Positions 1 through 12,800 of a stretch of 64,000 bases of DNA are shown here, one piece after another. The stretch lies in contig OZ024740.1 of the NCBI GenBank assembly GCA_964016885.1, forward strand, positions 213,900,001-213,964,000, in the 5' to 3' direction. Made by a program: the position numbers and the translations under genes. This DNA is from Eledone cirrhosa. Taxonomy: Eukaryota. The notes beneath the pieces were generated by a model. The model saw only the letters and a program-made list of their open reading frames with translations, made no database searches and had not been told where the DNA came from. Numbering within the stretch: the stretch's first letter is position 1; each line of letters begins with the position of its first letter.

Positions 1-3000
1 CTGTCCTATTAGTTAATGATAATGGCACCTGTCCTATCGTTTAATGATAATGGCACAAGTCCTATCAGTTAATGATAATGGCACCTGTCCTATTAGTTAA
101 TGATAATGGCACCTGTCTTATCAGTTAATGATAATGGCACCTGTCTTATCAGTTAACGATAATGGCACCTGTCTTATCAGTTAATGATAATGGCACCAGT
201 CCTATCAGTTAATGATAATGGCACCAGTCCTATCAGTTAATGATAATGGCACCTGTCCTATCAGTTAATGATAATGGCACCTGTCCTATCAGTTAATGAT
301 AATGGCACCTGTCCTATGAGTTAATGATAATGGCACCTGTCCTATAAGTTAATGATAATGGCACCTGTCCTATCAGTTAATGATAATGGCACCTGTCTTA
401 TCAGTTAATGACAATGGCACCTGTCCTATCGTTTAATGATAATGGCACAAGTCCTATCAGTTAATGATAATGGCACCTGTCCTATTAGTTAATGATAATG
501 GCACCTGTCCTATCAGTTAATGATAATGGCACCTGTCCTATCAGTTAATGATAATGGCACCTGTCCTATCAGTTAATGATAATGGCACCTGTCTTATCAG
601 TTAATGATAATGGCACCTGTCTTATCATTTAATGATAATGGCACCTGTCTTATCAGTTAATGATAATGGCACCAGTCCTATCATTTAATTATAATGGCAC
701 CTGTCCTATCAGTTAATGATAATGGCACCTGTCCTATCATTTAATGATAATGGCACCAGTCCTATCATTTAATGATAATGGCACCTGTTTTATCAGTTAA
801 CGATAATGGCACCAGTCCTATCATTTAATGATAATGGCACCTGTCTTATCAGTTAACAATAATGGCACCAGTCTTATCATTTAATGATAATGGCACCTGT
901 CCTATCAGTTAATGATAATGGCACCTGTCCTATCAGTTAATGATAATGGCACCTGTCTTATCAGTTAATGATAATGGCACCTGTCCTATCAGTTAATGAT
1001 AATGGCACCTGTCCTATCAGTTAATGATAATGGCACCTGTCCTATCAGTTAATGATAATGGCACCTGTCTTATCAGTTAATGATAATGGCACCTGTCTTA
1101 TCAGTTAATGATAATGGCACCTGTCTTATCAGTTAATGATAATGGCACCTGTCTTATCAGTTAATGATAATGGCACCAGTCCTATCAGTTAATGATAATG
1201 GCACCTGTCCTATCAGTTAATGATAATGGCACCTGTCCTATCAGTTAATGATAATGGCACCTGTCCTATCAGTTAATGATAATGGCACCTGTCCTATGAG
1301 TTAATGATAATGGCACCTGTCCTATCAGTTAATGATAATGGCACCTGTCCTATCAGTTAATGATAATGGCACCTGTCTTATCAGTTAATCATAATGGCAC
1401 CTGTCCTATCAGTTCATGATAATTGCACCTGTCCTATCAGTGAATGATAATGGCACCTGTCTTATCAGCTAATGATAATGGCACCTGTCCTATCAGTTAA
1501 TGATAATGGCACCTGTCCTATGAGTTAATGATAATGGCACCTGTCCTATCAGTTAATGATAATGGCACCTGTCCTATCAGTTAATGGTAATGGCACCTGT
1601 CTTATCAGTTAATGATAATGGCACCTGTCCTATCAGTTAATGATAATGGCATCTGTCCTATCAGTTAATGATAATGGCACCTGTCCTATCAGTTAATGAT
1701 AATGGCACCTGTCTTATCAGTTAATGATAATGGCACTTGTCCTATCAGTTCATGATAATGGCACCTGTCCTATCAGTTAATGATAATGGCACCAGTCCTA
1801 TCATTTAATGATAATGGCACCAGTCCTATCATTTAATGATAATGGCACCTGTCTTATCAGTTAATGATAATGGCACCAGTCCTATCAGTTAATGATAATG
1901 GCACCTGTCCTATAGTTTAATGATAATGGCACCAGTCCTATCAGTTAATGATAATGGCACCTGTCCTATCAGTTAATGATAATGGCACCTGTCTTATCAG
2001 CTAATGATAATGGCACCAGTCCTATCAGTTAATGATAATGGCACCTGTCCTATCAGTTAATGATAATGGCACCTGTCCTATCAGTTAATGATAATGGCAC
2101 CTGTCCTATCAGTTAATGATAATGGCACCTGTCTTATCAGTTAATGATAATGGCACCTGTTCTATCAGTTAATGATAATGGCACCTGTCCTATGAGTTAA
2201 TGATAATGGCACCTGTCTTATCAGTTAATGATAATGGCACCAGTCCTATCAGTTAATGATAATGGCACCTGTCCTATGAGTTAATGATAATGGCACCTGT
2301 CCTATCAGTTAATGATAATGGCACCTGTCTTATCAGTTAATGATAATGGCACCTGTCCTATCAGTTAATGATAATGGCACCTGTCTTATCAGTTAATCAT
2401 AATGGCACCTGTCCTATCAGTTCATGATAATGGCACCTGTCCTATCAGTTAATGATAATGGCACCTGTCTTATCAGCTAATGATAATGGCACCTGTCCTA
2501 TCAGTTAATGATAATGGCACCTGTCCTATGAGTTAATGATAATGGCACCTGTCCTATCAGTTAATGATAATGGCACCTGTCCTATCAGTTAATGATAATG
2601 GCACCTGTCTTATCAGTTAATGATAATGGCACTTGTCCTATCAGTTCATGATAATGGCACCTGTCCTATCAGTTAATGATAATGGCACCAGTCCTATCAT
2701 TTAACGATAATGGCACCAGTCCTATCATTTAATGATAATGGCACCTGTCTTATCAGTTAATGATAATGGCACCAGTCCTATCAGTTAATGATAATGGCAC
2801 CTGTCCTATCGTTTAATGATAATGGCACCAGTCTTATCATTTAATTATAATGGCACCTGTCCTATCGTTTAATGATAATGGCACCTGTCCTATCAGTTAA
2901 TGATAATGGCACCTGTCCTATCAGTTAATGATAATGGCACCTGTCTTATCAGTTAATGATAATGGCACCTGCCCTATCAGTTAATGATAATGGCACCTCT

Positions 3001-5583
3001 CCTATCATTTAATGATAATGGCACCTGTCCTATCATTTAATGATAATGGCACAAGTCCTATCAGTTAATGATAATGGCACCTGTCCTATCAGTTAATGAT
3101 AATGGCACCTGTCCTATCAGTTAATGATAATGGCACCTGTCTTATCAGTTAATGATAATGGCACCTGTCCTATCAGTTAATGATAATGGTACCTGTCCTA
3201 TCAGTTAATGATAATGGCACCAGTCCTATCAGTTAATGATAATGGCACCTGTCCTATCAGTTAATGATAATGGCACCTGTCTTATCAGTTAATGATAATG
3301 GCACCTGTCCTATCAGTTAATGATAATGGCACCTGTCCTATCAGTTAATGATAATGGCACCTGTCCTATCAGTTCATGATAATGGCACCTGTCTTATCAT
3401 TTAATGATAATGGCACCTGTCCTATCAGTTAATGATAATGGCACCTGTCTTATCATTTAATGATAATGGCACCAGTCCTATCAGTTCATGATAATGGCAC
3501 CTGTCTTATCATTTAATGATAATAGCACCAGTCCTATCAGTTAATGATAATGGCACCTGTCCTATCAGTTCATGATAATGGCACCTGTCTTATCAGTTAA
3601 TGATAATGGCACCAGTCCTATCAGTTCATGATAATGGCACCTGTCTTTTCATTTAATGATAATGGCACCTGTCCTATTAGTTCATGATAATGGCACCTGT
3701 CTTATCATTTAATGATAATGGCACCTGTCCTATCAGTTCATTATAATGGCACCTGTCTTATCAGTTAATGATAATGGCACCTGTCTTATCAGTTAATGAT
3801 AATGGCACCTGTCCTATCATTTAATGATAATGGCACCTGTCTTATCATTTAATGATAATGGCACCTGTCTTATCAGTTAATGATAATGGCACCTGTCCTA
3901 TCAGTCAATGATAATGGCACCTGTCTTATCAGTTAATGATAATGGCACCTGCCCTATCAGTTAATGATAATGGCACCTGTCCTATCAGTTAATGATAATG
4001 GCACCTGTCTTATCAGTTAATGATAATGGCACCTGTCCTATCATTTAATGATAATGGCACCAGTCCTATCAGTTAATGATAATGGCACCAGTCCTATCAG
4101 TTAATGATAATGGCACCTGTCTTATCATTTAATGATAATGTCACCAGTCCTATCAGTTCATGATAATGGCACCTGTCTTATCATTTAATGATAATGGCAC
4201 CTGTCCTATCAGTTCATGATAATGGCACCTGTCTTATCATTTAATGATAATGGCACCAGTCCTATCAGTTCATGATAATGGCACCTGTCTTATCATTTAA
4301 TGATAATGGCACCAGTCCTATCAGTTAATGATAATGGCACCTGTCCTATCAGTTCATGATAATGGCACCTGTCTTATCAGTTAATGATAATGGCACCAGT
4401 CCTATCAGTTCATGATAATGGCACCTGTCTTATCATTTAATGATAATGGCACCTGTCCTATCAGTTCATGATAATGGCACCTGTCTTATCATTTAATGAT
4501 AATGGCACCTGTCCTATCAGTTCATTATAATGGCACCTGTCTTATCAGTTAATGATAATGGCACCTGTCTTATCAGTTAATGATAATGGCACCTGACCTA
4601 TCATTTAATGATAATGGCACCTGTCCTATCAGTTCATGATAATGGCACCTGTCCTATTAGTTAATGATAATGGCACCTGTCCTATCAGTTAATGATAATG
4701 GCACCAGTCCTATCAGTTAATGATAATGGCACCTGTCTTATCAGTTAATGATAATGGCACCTGTCCTACCAGTTAATGATAATGGCACCTGTCCTATCAG
4801 TTAATGATAATGGCACCAGTCCTATCAGTTAATGATAATGGCACCTGTCTTATCAGTTAATGATAATGGCACCTGTCCTATCAGTTAATGATAATGGCAC
4901 CTGTCTTATCAGTTAATGATAATGGCACCTGTCCTATCAGTTAATGATAATGGCACCTGTCTTATCAGTTAATGATAATGGCACCTGTCCTATCAGTTAA
5001 TGATAATGGCACCGGTCCTATCATTTAATGATAATGGCACCTGTCCTATCAGTTAATGATAATGGCACCTGTCTTATCAGTTAATGATAATGGCACCTGT
5101 CCTATCATTTAATGATAATGGCACCTGTCCTATCAGTTAATGATAATGGCACCAGTCCTATCAGTTAATGATAATGGCACCTGTCCTATCAGTTAATGAT
5201 AATGGCACCTGTCTTATCCGTTAATGATAATGGCACCTGTCCTATCAGTTAATGATAATGGCACCTGTCTTATCAGTTAATGATAATGGCACCTGTCTTA
5301 TCAGTTAATGATAATGGCACCTGTCTTATCAGTTAATGATAATGGCACCTGTCTTATCAGTTAATGATAATGGCACCTGTCTTATCAGTTAATGATAATG
5401 GCACCTGTCCTATCAGTTAATGATAATGGCACCTGTCCTATCAGTTAATGATAATGGCACCTGTCTTATCAGTTAATGATAATGGCACCTGTCCTATCAG
5501 TTAATGATAATGGCACCAGTCCTATCAGTTAATGATAATGGCACCTGTCCTATCAGTTAATGATAATGGCACCTGTCCTATCA
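1..5583. repeat. 28-bp tandem satellite, ~199 copies, runs off the window start
   Basis: Unit CTGTCCTATCAGTTAATGATAATGGCAC; the 28-bp register holds from position 1 to 5461 with no net indels, only substitution variants. Confidence 0.98.
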
Positions 5584-6200
5584 TGCTACCATTTTTCTAG
5601 TGACAGGAGCTAGGATTTAAATTGAGAACACATAGAACCAGAACAAATACTCCAAGGCATCTTGTCTGATACTCAAAAGACTTCACCAGCTCCATGGCCC
5701 TGGAAAGTAAATTATTTATTGTCCCTTAAAAGCTAAAGTTGACTATGGCAGGATTTAAATTCAGTACAAAGAGTCAGAACAAATACTGCAAGACATATTT
5801 AATTTAATGCTCGAATGACTGCCAGTTTATTACTGCCTGTCAGCTAAGTAGAGAATTAGATGTTGTTTAGCCCCAGATCAGCTCTGATCAAGTAGATCTA
5901 TGGTTAAAGCTATTTCAGCCGCGACCACCCTGTCTTATTTTCAGATTTCATTATCCAATGTGCCTCTCTTTTTTAAAACAATAGTGTATGGTATAAGAGA
6001 GATTTGGCTACTATGTCTAGCTTGTCGAGTAGCCATGTAGAGGTTTACTTGTCCCATTATTTTCTAATTACAACATGTGTCATTGACGATGTATAGAGTA
6101 ACTTTATCATTTACCTGGGTTCCTTTAAATTCATTTTAACAATTGAGATATATTTAAAAAACTACAAGTTGTTTAAAATCCCTTTCTGTTTTCCCTCACG

Positions 6201-6202
<2 letters not shown>

Positions 6203-6260
<58 letters not shown>
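6203..6260. repeat. (AC)n microsatellite
   Basis: Pure AC run. Confidence 0.95.
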
Positions 6261-6267
<7 letters not shown>

Positions 6268-6608
6268 CAATGTGCACTCAAGAGTGAGAGAGAGAGACAG
6301 GTGAGGATTTGAGTTTGAAGGTAATAATTTTATTATGATTTCATATTAACAATGAAAATTACCTTGAGATAAATGTTTTGTGAATTCAGGACCTTTATAA
6401 ATTAATTGTTCTACATGTACTTCCGCTCCCCCCCCCTCCTCCTCCCAATATTTACAGAACCTCTCCACTATTTACCATAAATAAACACAGGACAAAAATC
6501 TTATATTTTCCAGCTTGCTGCATCTTACATGGAAACATTTGTCTTTCCTTATCTTGTTTTTCTTCAGGTAAATTATTGCTACATTATTTCTTGTACAAAA
6601 TAATTACA

Positions 6609-9160
6609 TTAATCTTTTAGCATTTACATTATATTTACTATTGTATTTTCATGGTAAAGGCTTTACCTTACATAATATCTCACAGAATAGTTATATTTCT
6701 CTATATTTACTATTGTATTTTCATGGTAAAGGCTTTACCTTACATAATATCTCACAGAATAGTTACATTTCTCTATATTTACTATTGTATTTTCATGGTA
6801 AAGGCTTTACCTTACATAATATCTCACAGAATAGTTACATTTCTCTATATTTACTATTGTATTTTCATGGTAAAGGCTTTACCTTACATAATATCTCACA
6901 GAATAGTTACATTTCTCTATATTTACTATTGTATTTTCATGGTAAAGGTTTTTCCTTACATAATATCTCACAGAATAGTTACATTACTCTATATTTACTA
7001 TTGTATTTTCATGGTAAAGGTTTTTCCTTACATAATATCTCACAGAATAGTTACATTTCTCTATATTTACTATTGTATTTTCATGGTAAAGGCTTTACCT
7101 TACATAATATCTCACAGAATAGTTACATTTCTCTATATTTACTATTGTATTTTCATGGTAAAGGTTTTTCCTTACATAATATCTCACAGAATAGTTACAT
7201 TACTCTATATTTACTATTGTATTTTCATGGTAAAGGTTTTTCCTTACATAATATCTCACAGAATAGTTACATTTCTCTATATTTACTATTGTATTTTCAT
7301 GGTAAAGGCTTTACCTTACATAATATCTCACAGAATAGTTACATTTCTCTATATTTACTATTGTATTTTCATGGTAAAGGTTTTTCCTTACATAATATCT
7401 CACAGAATAGTTACATTACTCTATATTTACTATTGTATTTTCATGGTAAAGGTTTTTCCTTACATAATATCTCACAGAATAGTTACATTTCTCTATATTT
7501 ACTATTGTATTTTCATGGTAAAGGCTTTACCTTACATAATATCTCACAGAATAGTTACATTTCTCTATATTTACTATTGTATTTTCATGGTAAAGGCTTT
7601 TCCTTACATAATATCTCACAGAATAGTTACATTACTCTATATTTACTATTGTATTTTCATGGTAAAGGTTTTTCCTTACATAATATCTCACAGAATAGTT
7701 ACATTTCTCTATATTTACTATTGTATTTTCATGGTAAAGGCTTTACCTTACATAATATCTCACAGAATAGTTACATTTCTCTATATTTACTATTGTATTT
7801 TCATGGTAAAGGTTTTTCCTTACATAATATCTCACAGAATAGTTACATTACTCTATATTTACTATTGTATTTTCATGGTAAAGGTTTTTCCTTACATAAT
7901 ATCTCACAGAATAGTTACATTTCTCTATATTTACTATTGTATTTTCATGGTAAAGGCTTTACCTTACATAATATCTCACAGAATAGTTACATTTCTCTAT
8001 ATTTACTATTGTATTTTCATGGTAAAGGTTTTTCCTTACATAATATCTCACAGAATAGTTACATTACTCTATATTTACTATTGTATTTTCATGGTAAAGG
8101 TTTTTCCTTACATAATATCTCACAGAATAGTTACATTTCTCTATATTTACTATTGTATTTTCATGGTAAAGGCTTTACCTTACATAATATCTCACAGAAT
8201 AGTTACATTTCTCTATATTTACTATTGTATTTTCATGGTAAAGGTTTTTCCTTACATAATATCTCACAGAATAGTTACATTACTCTATATTTACTATTGT
8301 ATTTTCATGGTAAAGGTTTTTCCTTACATAATATCTCACAGAATAGTTACATTTCTCTATATTTACTATTGTATTTTCATGGTAAAGGCTTTACCTTACA
8401 TAATATCTCACAGAATAGTTACATTTCTCTATATTTACTATTGTATTTTCATGGTAAAGGTTTTTCCTTACATAATATCTCACAGAATAGTTACATTACT
8501 CTATATTTACTATTGTATTTTCATGGTAAAGGTTTTTCCTTACATAATATCTCACAGAATAGTTACATTTCTCTATATTTACTATTGTATTTTCATGGTA
8601 AAGGCTTTACCTTACATAATATCTCACAGAATAGTTACATTTCTCTATATTTACTATTGTATTTTCATGGTAAAGGTTTTTCCTTACATAATATCTCACA
8701 GAATAGTTACATTACTCTATATTTACTATTGTATTTTCATGGTAAAGGTTTTTCCTTACATAATATCTCACAGAATAGTTACATTTCTCTATATTTACTA
8801 TTGTATTTTCATGGTAAAGGCTTTACCTTACATAATATCTCACAGAATAGTTACATTACTCTATATTTACTATTGTATTTTCATGGTAAAGGCTTTACCT
8901 TACATAATATCTCACAGAATAGTTACATTACTCTATATTTACTATTGTATTTTCATGGTAAAGGTTTTTCCTTACATAATATCTCACAGAATAGTTACAT
9001 TTCTCTATATTTACTATTGTATTTTCATGGTAAAGGGTTTACCTTGATTTTGATATTATTTATGTTGAATACATCAGTATGAGTAGCCTGTTACAGCCGG
9101 TTTGAACAGAAAGTGATGAGAGAATTCTGGCCAGATATGGCTGCTTTAAATGCTGAAGGG
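6609..9160 (+). mobile_element. piggyBac-type TTAA MITE copy inflated by an internal 72-bp satellite
   Basis: Left end TTAATCTTTTAGCATTTAC, right end TAAATGCTGAAGGG; sequence on both sides of the array aligns by eye with MITE copies at 21683, 45802 and 57242. Confidence 0.8.
6641..9045. repeat. 72-bp tandem satellite, ~33 copies, 216-bp (3-mer) higher-order repeat
   Basis: Unit TTGTATTTTCATGGTAAAGGCTTTACCTTACATAATATCTCACAGAATAGTTACATTTCTCTATATTTACTA; GCTTTAC/GTTTTTC and TTTCT/TTACT variants recur every third unit. Confidence 0.97.
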
Positions 9161-9410
9161 CTCTGTTCTATTACTTTATGTGTTCCAGCCAAAAGGCTGA
9201 GGCCATGCTGGGGCACCACCATTTATGTCAATCAGCACATGATAACCAATTCTGTTTAATAATTAAAATAACTCAGTGTTAGCACAAAAATTATTTACAT
9301 TATTGAAGTTGAGTTTATATAAAATTTTTACTTGGAATGAATTTGATTTAACTCTTTAACCGTCTCTGGTTCTATAAAACAAAACCACCCATTTTAAAGG
9401 TTTATTATTT

Positions 9411-9592
9411 GTGGATTGGCAGTATCAGTAGAGGGTCGGATGCCATGCTTTCCAGAATAGTTACGTCCCTTAATGATCTGAGTTCAAATCCCGCCGAGGT
9501 TGACTTTGCCTTTCATCCTTACGGGGTCGATAAAATAAAGTACCAGTAATGCACTGGGTAATTGCTGGCCTTGTGCCAAAAGTAGAAACAAT
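9411..9592 (+). mobile_element. tRNA-derived SINE, family A (Meta-domain-like)
   Basis: Box A TGGCAGTATCAG, box B GAGTTCAAATCC, central GCCTTTCATCCTTACGGGGTCGATAAAATAAAGTACCAG; many copies in the window. Confidence 0.85.
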
Positions 9593-9792
9593 TATTTTTA
9601 CGGTTGAGTAAATTGGAGTAATGTGAAATAAAGTGTTTTTCTTGGGATTTAAACTCACAACCTTACAATTGGGAGCTCAACTCTCTAACCACTAAGCCAT
9701 GCTCCTTCATTAGCAGGGGTAATGTTTCGTTATTTAGGTAACTGAAATTTATAAAGCATTTTCAATATTCCGTATCTGCTTTCATCTTTTAG

Positions 9793-9848
9793 AGAGTTAA
9801 ACCAATTATGGATACCAGTTATGGTAATGACCCAAAGAATAATTCCAG
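9793..9848 (+). CDS. KATNB1: Katanin p80 family exon (RVKPIMDTSYGNDPKNNS)
   Basis: TTTTAG acceptor, GTAAAT donor; phase fits the next exon; linker region without recognisable homology. Confidence 0.65.
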
Positions 9849-12800
9849 GTAAATCTACTTCTATCCAATGTTTACTCTAGTTTTGATTAACTTTCATATT
9901 CCATGCTGGAAACTTGCCCAGATCTCATTTCCTGTTATCAACTTACAGAAATTACCATTTTATAAAATTATTTTTATAACTCTAGGAAGGATTAATGTGT
10001 ATCTCTTATTAATATATCTATTTGTATATAATAGTATACAGAAATTAATTTTCTCATTGTAACATTTACTGAATATACTTGAATATAAGCTGCCCCCCCC
10101 CCCCCATTTATGTGTGGGGAAATAGGCTAATATCCAAATCCCATTTATAAACCGAGGCAGGTAATCAACATATTGTTTAGATGGCATTTATAAGCCAACC
10201 TCCCTTCTACCATTGAATTTTTGGGTCGCATATTCCTTGACTTATATTTGAGAATATACGGTATGTTGAAGACAATACCTTGATTCACAAATGTTAATAT
10301 ATTGCCCATAAGAAGAACTAGAGTCAACACACTTGATAAAACAACAATAGATAATATATATTCTAGTTCATTGTTTAAAGCAATTATTTCTTCTTTTTTA
10401 TTTTGTATAAAGAGTCAACTTTTAGAGTTTCTGTTTAGGTAGAGTTTAAAATATTTTTTTTTTTTTCATTTTAAATTGTTGTTGTTGTTGTTGTTGTTGT
10501 AACTGTCATTTGCCTTCATTCTAGTCCTGCCTTAGATAGGAAAAAACAATTCAGTCACCATGGCGCCCCAGAAACTGCAGCTGTAATGTCACACAGAAGA
10601 GAAAGTAACTCTTCAGCCTTTGAGTTTGAACACAGAAATATTGACCATAATCATCCAGCTGGAAACTTGCCCAGATCTCATTTCCAAAACAATCTTGGAG
10701 AAGTATCTGACCACAAATGTAACAATAGTAAGTGTTAATATCATTGTCATCATTTTACACCCATTTCCACTCTGGCATAGCTTGGACAAAGGTCAACATA
10801 CTGAGACTAGACTGCTATAGATTGGACTGGGGGTCATCACACTGTGAGACTAGATTGGTATATGTTGGACTGGGGTCAACACACTAAGATTAGACTGGTA
10901 TAGGTTGGACAGGGGTCATCACACTCTGAGATTAGACTGGTGTAGGTTGGACAGTGGTCATCACACTGAGACTAAACTGGTATAGGTTGGACAATGGTCG
11001 ACACACTGAGACTAAACTGGTATAGGTTGGACAGTGGTCATCACACAGACTAAACTGGTATAGGTTGGACAGTGGTCGACACACTGAGACTAAACTGGTA
11101 TAGGTTGGACAGTGGTCATCACACTGAGACTAAACTGGTATAGGTTGGACAATGGTCGACACACTGAGACTAAACTGGTATAGGTTGGACAGTGGTCATC
11201 ACACAGACTAAACTGGTATAGGTTGGACAGTGGTCGACACACTGAGACTAAACTGGTATAGGTTGGACAGTGGTCATCACACTGAGACTAAACTGGTATA
11301 GGTTGGACAATGGTCGACACACTGAGACTAGACAAGACTAGAATAGGTTGGACTGGGGGTCATCAGACTGTGAGACTAGACTGGTATAGGTTGGACTGGG
11401 GTCAACACACTCTGAGACTAGACTGGTATAGGTTGGACTGGGGTCAACACACTCTGAGACTAGACTGGTATAGGTTGGACTGGGGTCAACACACTCTGAG
11501 ACTAGACTGTAAATATCATTGACATCACCAGCACTACCACTTTACCATGGCACCGACATCGTCAGGAATATGGTAGAAGAGTAAAGATAGATCAAGGAAT
11601 CACATCTTGTCATTCAACTGACTACTTGCATGCCATAGGACTGCTTCATCAAGGTTGGCCTGGGGCTTACAACACTAGCACACTGTGTGCAGTAGGATTT
11701 GAACTCCTGCTTATATGATTGATATCTAAAGCTTGTATTTCACTGCCATGTCATTGTACTTAACTGTTTTTTAAATAGTCAAAATTGTTGAGGTTTTTGA
11801 TATGTACATGTTTTGGTTCATCACTCTGTCTATATTATTATTATAACTGTCTTCCTTTAGTGGGGAAGGACAGGCAGTTTTTATCTACCTGGTGACCATG
11901 GTAAAAGAGGTTGTGTGGTAGACGTGCTTGAAACCTTTGAAGACAAGCACTTTCTTCTTCGACAAAGCCCTAATTAACTCTTTTAGGTTTCACCTGAAGA
12001 GAAAAATCAGGGTGGAGAGGGAAATGCCTTTCCAACCAGTTTGTTGAAAGGTGGGTGAGAGAGGCAAGTATGTTCTGAGTGATTGGGCTTGCTCTGAGTA
12101 TGTGCCTGTAAATTGGAGGAAGACAACAGAGAGAAGGCACTTGCCCCATTAGTCTAGGTTTCCTTGGTTTTTTGTGGGTTTTCTCCTTGAGTCACCCTTG
12201 GAGGTATCCCCACTTTTGGGGAATTTATTATATTTATTTTTTTAAATGTTTTAATTTTTTTTATCCTTTATTATAAACCTTTCTCTCACACAAAAAACCT
12301 ACACTGTACCATCATGTATGTTTTTATAATCCTCTTAATGTGAGCCCTATTAAGAATCCATTATTATTATTAGGGCGATGGATTGGCAGTATTGGTAGAG
12401 CGTCGGACACCATGCTTTGCAGGATAGAGTTACGGCCCTTTACGATCTGAGTTTAAATCTGACCGACGTTAACTTAGCCTTTCACCCTAACAGGGTTGAT
12501 AAAATAAAGCACCAGTAACGTACTGGGTTCGATTTAATCGACTTTCCCCTCCCCCAAAATGGCTGGCCTTGTGCCTATACTAGAAATCATTATTAATCCC
12601 GCTGAGGTTAACTTTGCCTTTCATTCTTACAGGGTCGATAAAATAAAGTACCAGTAATACACTGGGATAATTGCTGGCCTTGTGCAAAAGTAGAAACAAT
12701 TATTAATACTTCCTCCATTTTTTATCTTTAGTTATTTCAAACAACAGAGAACAACTTAAACCTCAGAGTAAAGTCTCCCCGAAATTATTAGGTGGTGGGG

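Noticed and set aside
1-5583. CRISPR-like array (28-bp repeat)
   Set aside because: No unique spacers, no cas genes, eukaryotic context.
6641-9082. 813-aa and 798-aa ORFs
   Set aside because: Overlapping translations of a 72-bp MITE-derived satellite; unit length divisible by 3 and stop-free by chance.
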